Below, piece after piece: positions 37,680 to 45,072 of a stretch of 45,180 nucleotides of DNA. The stretch covers positions 1 to 45,180 of the IMG/VR virus record IMGVR_UViG_3300028586_000032. One strand, given 5' to 3'. This DNA is from a virus (Duplodnaviria > Caudoviricetes). Both the position numbers and the translations under genes were made by a program. Each line of letters opens with the position of its first letter. Position 1 is the first letter of the stretch. The notes under the pieces are model-generated. The model had not been told where the DNA came from. It saw only the letters and a program-made list of their open reading frames with translations, and ran no database searches.

Positions 37680-37802
37680 ATGAACAAGACAAAGCTAATC
37701 AAGATGGCCAAGGCTATCGTCGCCAACCCGATTGTCCGCATTGCGGCAGTTCGCATTCTCGATGTCGCGCTGAACAAGCTGACCAAGGCGAAGAAGCGGT
37801 AA
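37680..37802 (+). CDS. 40-aa cationic amphipathic peptide
   Basis: MNKTKLIKMAKAIVANPIVRIAAVRILDVALNKLTKAKKR*; fills the gap up to the next gene. Confidence 0.6.
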   Translation: MNKTKLIKMAKAIVANPIVRIAAVRILDVALNKLTKAKKR

Positions 37803-37806
37803 GCCC

Positions 37807-38304
37807 GTGCAACACGGTCCATTCCCATTGTCCTTTGACGGCTCGCCAGTTCTCTTTGGGTGGGCTCTTTTCAGCCTCATCCTCATGCCGTCACTTGCGT
37901 TGATGATCGGCGGCTATCTCGGCCGCGATCTTTGGCGTGATCGCTCGCGCGGCGTTGACGCCGTGTCGGCCCTGCGAAGCCTCGTTACCGCAGTCTGCAC
38001 GGCAATCGTTCTCCGATGCGTGCCCGAGGTCATCTATATGATCGCATACGCTGAGGCGACTGCGCCAACGATCGCCACGATCCTCAATGCCAAGCGGGTC
38101 TGCGATATCCTCAGCTTGATCCCAGTGATCTTTTGGATGGGCACGTTCTGGCTCTGGTATCCAGACATCGTTCTCAAGCTGCGCTCGCCCGTTGCGTTGG
38201 TCTGGGCTGACAATCGCTGGCCACGTCTAGGCCGCTTCGCTGGCGTCTCGTTCCTATGTGCGGCCTTCGCGGCGTCGGTCGCTCTAGGACGGGCTTTCTC
38301 TTAA
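37807..38304 (+). CDS. Multi-pass membrane protein (lysis region)
   Basis: About four hydrophobic segments; follows fibre genes. Confidence 0.75.
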   Translation: MQHGPFPLSFDGSPVLFGWALFSLILMPSLALMIGGYLGRDLWRDRSRGVDAVSALRSLVTAVCTAIVLRCVPEVIYMIAYAEATAPTIATILNAKRVCDILSLIPVIFWMGTFWLWYPDIVLKLRSPVALVWADNRWPRLGRFAGVSFLCAAFAASVALGRAFS

Positions 38305-38312
38305 ATACGGGA

Positions 38313-38744
38313 GTGTTCGACCGTATCAGCCTGACCGGCCTCGTCCTCACGTCGGCTGGAACGGCGGGTCTGGCGACGGCTCAAACAGCCACACCTTATG
38401 AGGTCTGGGCACCGCTTATGTGCGGCTGTCTCGCGGCCCTCATTGTCCGAGGCATCGCAATCACCACACCCAGCCGCAAGAAGCGCGTCATGGTGTTTGA
38501 AATCCTAGTGACCCTGCTATCCGTGCTGCTCACCGGGACCATTATCTACGACCGCCAATATAGGATTATGTATTCGACGTTCACCGGCATGGGCATTGGC
38601 GCACTCGGAGTGGGCGTCATCGGCATGGCGCGCACATGGGCGACGACCATGTTGCAGAACCTCGCCAAGAGCTATCTCGCAACCAGCGAGCCTAAGAGGC
38701 CTGAACCCTCAGACCGCCGTGAGGGCTCCACAGACGCCCGCTGA
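38313..38744 (+). CDS. Holin-like membrane protein
   Basis: GTG 5 nt after TAAATA (38302); 3-4 hydrophobic segments, charged C-terminus. Confidence 0.6.
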   Translation: MFDRISLTGLVLTSAGTAGLATAQTATPYEVWAPLMCGCLAALIVRGIAITTPSRKKRVMVFEILVTLLSVLLTGTIIYDRQYRIMYSTFTGMGIGALGVGVIGMARTWATTMLQNLAKSYLATSEPKRPEPSDRREGSTDAR

Positions 38745-38965
38745 GGGTTTGCTCGGTCGTTCAGGCCGTTCGGTGCGCACCGGCGCGGGGCAGCGCCTCC
38801 TGCCCTTCGTAGGGATCCCGTGTAACATGGATAGCATCGTTTAATCGCGATATTGAACCGGCTCGCCCTAAATAATCGCCCGCCACCTCGGTATTTCCCG
38901 ATGACAATTGGGGCCCAACCGGCGCCGTCAGTTGGCTATTTGGTCGAGACGGGGGACAATACGGG

Positions 38966-39148
38966 ATGCCTATGCCTATTCCCCGATCTCGCCCCGAGCG
39001 GAACCGCTTCAAAGAGGTGGAAACTGTGAGGCTTTTCACGGCTTCCGGCCATCCATGGATCGCTTTTGCGGCTCTGGTGGTGTGGCGGTTGCCGTTCCCC
39101 GCGTTAGCTGTCGCGGCTTTGATCTACGCAAAGAACGCTATGCTTTGA
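38966..39148 (+). CDS. Small membrane-associated protein
   Basis: TAAATA at 38869; hydrophobic C-terminal half. Confidence 0.45.
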   Translation: MPMPIPRSRPERNRFKEVETVRLFTASGHPWIAFAALVVWRLPFPALAVAALIYAKNAML

Positions 39149-39198
39149 ACGATCGCTACCTGCTGTTCCGCCGACTTGGTAAAGGACAAGATCGAAAG

Positions 39199-39582
39199 TC
39201 AGTGTCCGCCAAAAGTCAGCTTGAAAAGCATCGCCAGCTTTTTGTCCGTCACGCTGATCGACAGTGCAGGGCTATCAACAAATGGCGTCCAACTGAGCGG
39301 ATAGACGTCAAACTCAGCATCCTGTTTGACCAGCCAGACAATTTCGGGGGATTTGAATGCTCTCCTGAGGGCTTCGGTCTTCAGCGCCTGATTATACGCA
39401 GCATTCCACTTTGCGCGCTGGTAGCCATTCAAAGCACGGTAATCAGCTTCTAGGTCCACGCCAATCTCTAGCGCCGCATGATGTTTCGCGTGGCAGTCTG
39501 CATCAGCATCGTCCACAGCCAATTCGAGATTGAAAACCTGACACTTTTCGGTGCTCCGCACTCCGTCTCGTGACAGCCTCAT
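39199..39582 (-). CDS. Hypothetical protein with C-terminal D-x-x-x-A-x-x-FKL motif
   Basis: ATGA-coupled to upstream ORF; ends TDKKLAMLFKLTFGGH. Confidence 0.7.
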   Translation of the reverse strand: MRLSRDGVRSTEKCQVFNLELAVDDADADCHAKHHAALEIGVDLEADYRALNGYQRAKWNAAYNQALKTEALRRAFKSPEIVWLVKQDAEFDVYPLSWTPFVDSPALSISVTDKKLAMLFKLTFGGH

Positions 39583-40154
39583 GCGTCACCTCGCGATGCC
39601 TGTAGGCGCTCCCATGCGGCAGTTTCAGCGGCCCTGCGCTGCTGGGTCTGGGCGGCCTTCTTTGCTGCGAGCTGAGCACGACGCGCCTGCTTGCGCTCGT
39701 CTGTCCATGGCTCTTTGGCTTTGCCCTTGTTGGCTTCGCCAATGGCCTTCTTGTGCTCGTCACTCTTGGTGAGGCCGGTTAGGGCTTCTGAAATTGCCTG
39801 CTTGTGGCCGTCGCGCAGCTTATCACCGGCTTGGGGCAAATTGATCTGGGCACTTTTCTGGCGCGAGCAGACCGTTGCGGTGTCCTTGCTCAGCTTCCCC
39901 GTAGAGCAGGCCGCATAGCTTTTCCACGTCAGCACGAATGCAAAAGGATTGGTGTCACGCATTTGGTAGCGGATGCGGTTTGCGTCGATTGCGCGCTGTA
40001 GGCTGTCAAGCTGTTCAGGGGCAAAGAGGTCAACGAAGTCCTGAAACGGAAGATCAACTTCGACGCCAGCGGCAATCTGTTTGTTGGTAGCCGTGGTGTG
40101 CCACGATTGCAGGTAGGCTGTTAACCTCTGCGATAGATTCTGAATGTCTGTCAT
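39579..40154 (-). CDS. NUMOD3-like motif protein (putative DNA binding)
   Basis: HKQAISEALTG..KSDEHKKAIGEANKGK...WTDERK; no GIY-YIG or HNH motif seen. Confidence 0.7.
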   Translation of the reverse strand: MTDIQNLSQRLTAYLQSWHTTATNKQIAAGVEVDLPFQDFVDLFAPEQLDSLQRAIDANRIRYQMRDTNPFAFVLTWKSYAACSTGKLSKDTATVCSRQKSAQINLPQAGDKLRDGHKQAISEALTGLTKSDEHKKAIGEANKGKAKEPWTDERKQARRAQLAAKKAAQTQQRRAAETAAWERLQASRGDA

Positions 40155-40281
40155 GTGATGCTCTTTCAACAAGAAACCCCAGCGGGAGCATCACCAACCG
40201 CTGGGGTTCACGTAATCCGGTTCGACCGGAAACCTAAACTATCTGGAACACTTGGGTGATGCTCTGTGTCCGATCTATTTA
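40152..40281 (-). promoter_or_regulatory. Structured 5' leader with terminator hairpin and mutually complementary loops
   Basis: TAAATA 40281-40276; GAGCATCAC(C) at 40264-40255 and 40163-40155; its complement lies in the loop (40197-40186) of an 11-bp stem followed by a T-rich tract. Confidence 0.7.
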
Positions 40282-41002
40282 TCTGGATTTTCTTAGAATG
40301 GGCTCATACGGTCCGTATTCATACTATGCTGTCTGCGGGGTTCTGGTGTCTATATCCCTCTATCCAATAGAGTAGGTTTATATAGTATTAAGTAGGTCAT
40401 CCCACGTGACATTGGTGATTAACCAATAGAATAGGTATATTACTCTGTAGAGTAATTACACCCATCCCATTGACTAACCCCCAAAATCACATGGAATGAG
40501 TAGTGCCACGCGGTTCCCGCGTGCTCCGCGCCTTCGCGTTGCTCAGGTGCTCGCACGGGAAACCCGCTTGTCACATGGCTTCTCAGGTAATCGCTCTGGC
40601 TTTCGCCAGACCCAGTAGTCCTGCGGACGGCTAACGCTCCGCTTATCCCCAGGAGGTGTTGAGAGAAGGCTGGCTGCGCCGAGGGAGCCCGCGCCGCACG
40701 AACCCCGCATCCGTTTACCCGGCGTTTACCTGCTGCCCGATAAGCCGATTGTCTGGGGGCAACCTCAGACGCTCTTTGACAGACATAGGTTCGCAAGCTG
40801 GCTGGGTAATCAGTCGTCACTCTTAGTGGCGGCAATGTCTGGGATTCACGTCCTTTGCAGGTCAGCGCAGCGGTTGGTCAGAGACCTGGGGCCGTGCCTC
40901 AGGCCGACAAGGCTTGTCCTTACCATACGCTGAAGATCGGGAGTTGCGTCAGTAATGGCGCGCACGGCTGCTCGATCACCAAGCTGGCAAAGGAACCATA
41001 TT

Positions 41003-41776
41003 ATGTCGATCGAGAACAACACCACCACTGAGACTCTGGCACTCAACCCGGTTGAACTGCTCGTTCAGGACTTTCAGGGCCGCATGGCCTCGGACGAAAC
41101 GACGATGCAGGACTTCCAGATTAAGGGATGGGAAGTCGTCTGGAATCAGGTTCAGGAGGCATATCGCGTCTCGCGTCTCATCATCCTCGATGACGAGAAC
41201 AAGGCGTTCTACAAAGCGGCTTTGGAAAAGGCCGGTTTGAAGCTGCCCAGCGGAACTGCAAACCAGTGGCTTCCAGTTACGAAGTTGCTCTTTGGGAAGT
41301 GGGATGTCTTGAACAGCATCTTCACGCCCGATCGCAGCGCGGAGAAGTATGCAAATTACTTCCGCTATTTCGAGCTCAACGGCATTCCTGCTGACGAGGT
41401 TGTCGACACCATTCGTGGTGCCGTGCATGGTGATCTTCGCTACCTCAAGGCCATTGAAAAGATGGACCGTGAGGACAACGGGGTCGCCACGAAGGGGTTT
41501 ACGCCTGAGGCAAAGCTGAAGGCGGGACTTAACCGCAATGCGCCTGACGTGTTCAAGATCGCAAAGCCTGCTCTTGTGGATTCCTCCACAGAGTATGGCG
41601 TTCTGGTTTTCGCGCGCGACGGCGACGACATCGTAATCATCACGTCAGAAGAACTCACCAAGGATGCCTTCGAGGCAAAGGCCCGCAAGCGCGGTGCCAG
41701 CTTGCTCTCGAAGGTCAACGATTTGGGCAAGGATATCGCGCTCAAGTTGGCTCTTGGCGAAAAGGTGGCGGCGTAA
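41003..41776 (+). CDS. Hypothetical protein (257 aa)
   Basis: AAAGGA SD, long ORF, strong terminator after. Confidence 0.8.
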   Translation: MSIENNTTTETLALNPVELLVQDFQGRMASDETTMQDFQIKGWEVVWNQVQEAYRVSRLIILDDENKAFYKAALEKAGLKLPSGTANQWLPVTKLLFGKWDVLNSIFTPDRSAEKYANYFRYFELNGIPADEVVDTIRGAVHGDLRYLKAIEKMDREDNGVATKGFTPEAKLKAGLNRNAPDVFKIAKPALVDSSTEYGVLVFARDGDDIVIITSEELTKDAFEAKARKRGASLLSKVNDLGKDIALKLALGEKVAA

Positions 41777-41779
41777 AAG

Positions 41780-41818
41780 AAACCCCCGGAAGGCTTAACC
41801 GCTTTCCGGGGGTTTTTT
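41780..41818 (+). terminator. Intrinsic terminator (likely bidirectional)
   Basis: aaacccccggaa...ttccgggggtttttt. Confidence 0.88.
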
Positions 41819-41864
41819 ATTGGACGATTGAGCAGTCCGGGAATGTCCTCAGGGGACGTATTAC

Positions 41865-42296
41865 TTACGCCTTGAGGAACAGCGCGGCTTCTGCGGCACG
41901 TCGCTTTGTAAGCCCTGCAAGCACCTTAGAGCCTGCCTTGTTCCAGCGCCCGAACTGCGCTGCGGCACCTGCGTAATCGCCCGCATTGAGCAGTCTGAGG
42001 AGCGTAGAGGACGCAAGCGCGCCCGATCCCAGATTGTATGCGAACGAGGTCAGCGCACCGAGTTGATTGGCCGTCAGGGGCACTTGGACGATCCGACGAA
42101 CCCGAGCCTCGAACTCGTCATACTCCTCGACCACCCACGCATCGGCCTGTGCTTGCGTGATCTTCTGGCCCAGCTTGACGCCGGTTGTTCGCCCATAGCC
42201 GATCGTCGGAACGCCAGCAGGGCACAGGTAGGCTGTTAGTTTGCAGCCCTCGAAAGTCTTTACGAGGCCAAGACCGGCACGGGATGAGTTTGTCAT
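41865..42296 (-). CDS. Endolysin, GH24 lysozyme
   Basis: FEG..L.AYLCPAGVPTIGYG, ALTSFAYNLG, STLL..LN, GLTKRRAAEAALF. Confidence 0.95.
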   Translation of the reverse strand: MTNSSRAGLGLVKTFEGCKLTAYLCPAGVPTIGYGRTTGVKLGQKITQAQADAWVVEEYDEFEARVRRIVQVPLTANQLGALTSFAYNLGSGALASSTLLRLLNAGDYAGAAAQFGRWNKAGSKVLAGLTKRRAAEAALFLKA

Positions 42297-42408
42297 CCCG
42301 TATCTATCAAATCAGCCCGTTTGACCTCGTTTCAGGGCACTTTTCGGGGTTTCTCCATAAATACCTAACGGGAAGACAGGCCCGCAATGCTTACAATGGA
42401 GAATCTAC

Positions 42409-43158
42409 ATGACCACAGTTACACTGAGCCGCTTCGAAAAGCCCGCACGATGCTTTACCGGCGTGGATACCTATAAGGCTTGCCTCAGCAACGCAGACGA
42501 GAACTGCGCTCCCATTCAGGGCTACATGGACGGCTTGATTCGACAGCTACACAACCACGCCGACGAGCCCACGGGTTGGTCGTTCGCCTCGTGGCGCAAG
42601 GGAACGAACGTGGCGAGCAACCTCATCGGTGCGAACGCCATCATGTTGGAATATGCCTTGAGCCGCGACGACAGCGAGATTGTTCAGCGGCTCCACGATA
42701 GGGCCGAAGATCTGGGTTGGGCTCACTTCTTGATCGATACCGAGGCGAAGAGCGGCAACACCATCACGATCGTTTTCCCGCTGACCAGCACGATTGACCA
42801 AGCCCAGTATGCGCGGCTTGCCTCGATCCTCGCAGAGCAGTTGGACGAATACCGCATGGAGCATGGCTGTCTGGCGGCCACTCACATCGTTCAGGTTCAC
42901 CGGACCACATCGCCAGTCGTCTTCTTCGGCACGGCAATGGACCCCGTCAAAGAGATCAAGCGCACGGCCAAGATGTATCAGCGCCTGAACGCTCGCAAAT
43001 ACGAAGGCGCTCGACCCAGCGGCAAGCTACTCACTCAGAACGAGGACGCACCTCAGGCAATCGAGGATGGCTTGTTCGTGTTCTTCGAGACACCTCAGGA
43101 AAAGACCAAGCGGGAAGCCCTTGAGGTCATGGCCCGATATGGGTTCCCAACGGAATAG
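42409..43158 (+). CDS. Degenerate primase-polymerase (AEP)-like protein
   Basis: WSFA.W..G....N.....IMLEY, HFLIDT, IVFPL...I...QY..L spacing resembles phage AEP domains but lacks DxD and the His motif. Confidence 0.5.
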   Translation: MTTVTLSRFEKPARCFTGVDTYKACLSNADENCAPIQGYMDGLIRQLHNHADEPTGWSFASWRKGTNVASNLIGANAIMLEYALSRDDSEIVQRLHDRAEDLGWAHFLIDTEAKSGNTITIVFPLTSTIDQAQYARLASILAEQLDEYRMEHGCLAATHIVQVHRTTSPVVFFGTAMDPVKEIKRTAKMYQRLNARKYEGARPSGKLLTQNEDAPQAIEDGLFVFFETPQEKTKREALEVMARYGFPTE

Positions 43159-43179
43159 CCGCTGCGTGGGGACAAGCCG

Positions 43180-43274
43180 CGTATGGGCCATATGGGTCAT
43201 ATGCGTCTTATGAATCTTATGGCTTGTCACCGGCGATAATACAAGCCATATGGGTCTTACGGCTTCTTATGGCC
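43180..43274 (+). repeat. Array of ~8 degenerate 9-bp repeats (approx. CWTATGRNY)
   Basis: cgtatgggc, catatgggt, catatgcgt, cttatgaat, cttatggct in tandem (43180-43224); catatgggt, cttacggct, cttatggcc (43247-43274). Confidence 0.85.
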
Positions 43275-43291
43275 GCTAAGGAGTCTGGATT

Positions 43292-43864
43292 ATGCCTACG
43301 ATTGAAATCTCGGATACGACTAACGCTCGCTTACAAGCGATCGCCATTCCCCTGACGGACACGCATGAAACGGTTATCGCGCGATTGATGGATCACTGGG
43401 ACGCAACGAAGTCGAACCAACCCCGCGTGATTAAGCCCGGTCAGCCGATCAAAACTCTGGAGGATGGCACGATGGAGTTCGATCCCGCCAACCCGCCGCT
43501 GTTGGCATTCACCACTTGCACGCAAATCATCATTTCTGGCGATCAGTTGGCGAAAGGTGATACCTACTGGAACACCATGATGTATCACATGATCCGCACC
43601 GTTAAGAAGCAGAAGGACTTCGACGCCGATGCGATCTACTCGATGCTGGCGATTGCCAATGCCGAGATCGGCAAGAAGGAAGAGAATGGCTACAAGTTCA
43701 TGCCGGATGTTGGATTGTCGGTTCAGGGGCAGGACAGCAACGCTGCATTCCGACAGGCATACCAGTTGGCAATGCTGAACGGCATCAAGTTCAGCGTCTT
43801 CTTCAGCTGGCAGAATAACGAGAAAGCAGCATTTCCCAATCAGCGTGGGTATATGGAGTTCTAA
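43292..43864 (+). CDS. Protein with N-terminal ribbon-helix-helix-like segment (SeqA-N/SepA-like)
   Basis: MPTIEISD.T.ARLQ..A.PL.DT.E.VI.RL; AAGGAG SD; own terminator. Confidence 0.7.
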   Translation: MPTIEISDTTNARLQAIAIPLTDTHETVIARLMDHWDATKSNQPRVIKPGQPIKTLEDGTMEFDPANPPLLAFTTCTQIIISGDQLAKGDTYWNTMMYHMIRTVKKQKDFDADAIYSMLAIANAEIGKKEENGYKFMPDVGLSVQGQDSNAAFRQAYQLAMLNGIKFSVFFSWQNNEKAAFPNQRGYMEF

Positions 43865-43889
43865 CGCCCTCGTTCAAACGCTCGTTTTC

Positions 43890-43920
43890 AAAAGCCGCTG
43901 GGGGAGGCTCAGCGGCTTTT
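43890..43920 (+). terminator. Intrinsic terminator
   Basis: aaaagccgctg...cagcggctttt. Confidence 0.85.
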
Positions 43921-43961
43921 CGCCTCCCTAACGACGGACCTACCGACCGCGAAAACGGCGA

Positions 43962-43994
43962 TTGACTCCCATCTGCTATGTTCTACCTTTGTTC
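43962..43994 (+). promoter_or_regulatory. LexA-repressed promoter
   Basis: TTGACT (43962)-N16-TACCTT with perfect GTTC-N7-GTTC box at 43980-43994 overlapping the -10. Confidence 0.75.
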
Positions 43995-43996
43995 TC

Positions 43997-44218
43997 ATGG
44001 AACACGCCCCCGAGTCGATGCGCGACGGCGCACAGCCCTACAGCCAGACGCACAATCTGATTGTTGAAATCCTTCCACAAATTCGTCCCTGCGAAATGCA
44101 GACAATCTATTTTCAGGCCATGGAAGACGGGCCGGAATCGCTGCTGACACCAATCGAAGCCGAGTTCGCAAGGCGTGGCCTTTCTCCATACGCAACCTAC
44201 CGAACCGACGTTTTCTGA
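43997..44218 (+). CDS. Small hypothetical protein, first gene of SOS-boxed operon
   Basis: ATG directly after the LexA box; TGATG overlap with next gene. Confidence 0.6.
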   Translation: MEHAPESMRDGAQPYSQTHNLIVEILPQIRPCEMQTIYFQAMEDGPESLLTPIEAEFARRGLSPYATYRTDVF

Positions 44219-44409
44219 TGGCTGGAATGATCACGCCCGAACGTATTGGCGAACTGATTGCCGAGGCCCCTGCATGGGCTAAAATCGGTCTGACGATGCC
44301 GAATGAACGTCTGCGCGAAGATGCCCAGCGAGAATTGGCGCAGCACGTTTACAGCGCGCTTTACCAACCCCTCAACACCGATACTCAACAGCTTCGGCTA
44401 CCGCTTTGA
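44218..44409 (+). CDS. DUF6771-like small protein
   Basis: APAWAKIGLT.P.ERLRE.A..ELA pattern. Confidence 0.65.
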   Translation: MAGMITPERIGELIAEAPAWAKIGLTMPNERLREDAQRELAQHVYSALYQPLNTDTQQLRLPL

Positions 44410-44410
44410 C

Positions 44411-44701
44411 GTGGGCAACGTCCGTTTTCGCTCCCTGAACGATTTCAGCAGAGCCAATGCCAACGTGGGATGCGTTTGCGGCTCATGTGGTCACAAAGGA
44501 GTCGTCCATCGGGACCTGTTTGCCCGTTGGGCATTCCTCAAGCACGTCAACGTCTCGTTGGAAAACCTGCCAGGCTATCTGCGCTGCACCAAGTGCGGAG
44601 CAAGGCCGAGTCGCTTGGCTCCCACACCGCTTCCCCCGACGATCCCCAAGTGGGGGACCGACGATTATTTTAAGCGACTCCAACGTCGATTAAGAGGCTA
44701 G
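44411..44701 (+). CDS. Zn-ribbon protein
   Basis: CVCGSCGH and LRCTKCG; GTG start 2 nt after upstream stop. Confidence 0.65.
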   Translation: MGNVRFRSLNDFSRANANVGCVCGSCGHKGVVHRDLFARWAFLKHVNVSLENLPGYLRCTKCGARPSRLAPTPLPPTIPKWGTDDYFKRLQRRLRG

Positions 44702-44742
44702 TCTAGTAGGGCCGAAAATCGGCGCTTTGAGGAGATGGGACA

Positions 44743-45000
44743 ATGAATGACGCCCGGTCGCTTATTGGTCAAGTTAGGGAACACGACGAAAAGCTGAAAA
44801 AGCAGGTAAGGGTCGAGGGCGATCGAATCGTCATCGATGTCGAATACGAATACGCAATTCCCATCTCCGTTTGTGACACGGCCCCACGTCTCCTTGGCTG
44901 GATACAACAGCTTCTTGAAAAGACCTGGATTACTACGGAAGTGTTGAACCGCTTTATCCACATCGCGGCACAGCAGTCGAAAATCGAGATCATTCGATAA
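44743..45000 (+). CDS. Small hypothetical protein
   Basis: GAGGAG upstream; ends at terminator. Confidence 0.7.
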   Translation: MNDARSLIGQVREHDEKLKKQVRVEGDRIVIDVEYEYAIPISVCDTAPRLLGWIQQLLEKTWITTEVLNRFIHIAAQQSKIEIIR

Positions 45001-45002
45001 GT

Positions 45003-45028
45003 AAAAGTCGCAGGAAACTGCGACTTTT
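45003..45028. terminator. Bidirectional terminator at right end of element
   Basis: aaaagtcgcag-gaaa-ctgcgactttt. Confidence 0.88.
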
Positions 45029-45035
45029 CACATGT

Positions 45036-45072
45036 GTAAACTGCCGCATGTTTGATGAGCAGGTTGCACCCT
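45036..45072. other. Right attachment junction (core GAT at 45054-45056)
   Basis: dprA similarity ends at ...GCNLLI; element-side arm aactgccgcatgtttg mirrors the left arm. Confidence 0.85.

Larger units (their letters stand above)
4546..42363. promoter_or_regulatory. Dispersed TAAATA promoter-like motif (at least 18 copies; span given, positions in evidence)
   Basis: Plus strand starts: 4546, 9933, 13838, 14314, 15719, 17139, 17872, 18948, 20371, 21493, 25946, 29484, 31655, 35484, 38302, 38869, 42358; minus strand 40281-40276; variant TAGATA on minus strand 42306-42301 before the lysozyme. All are in sense orientation to the downstream gene or RNA. Confidence 0.85.
125..45056. mobile_element. 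Integrated siphovirus-like prophage/element (~44.9 kb) inserted in dprA
   Basis: Serine integrase at left end, complete head and non-contractile tail genes, lysozyme, bounded by two halves of dprA. Confidence 0.95.

Noticed and set aside
43180-43274. Possible CRISPR mini-array
   Set aside because: Units are 9 bp, degenerate and contiguous, with no unique spacers; no cas genes seen
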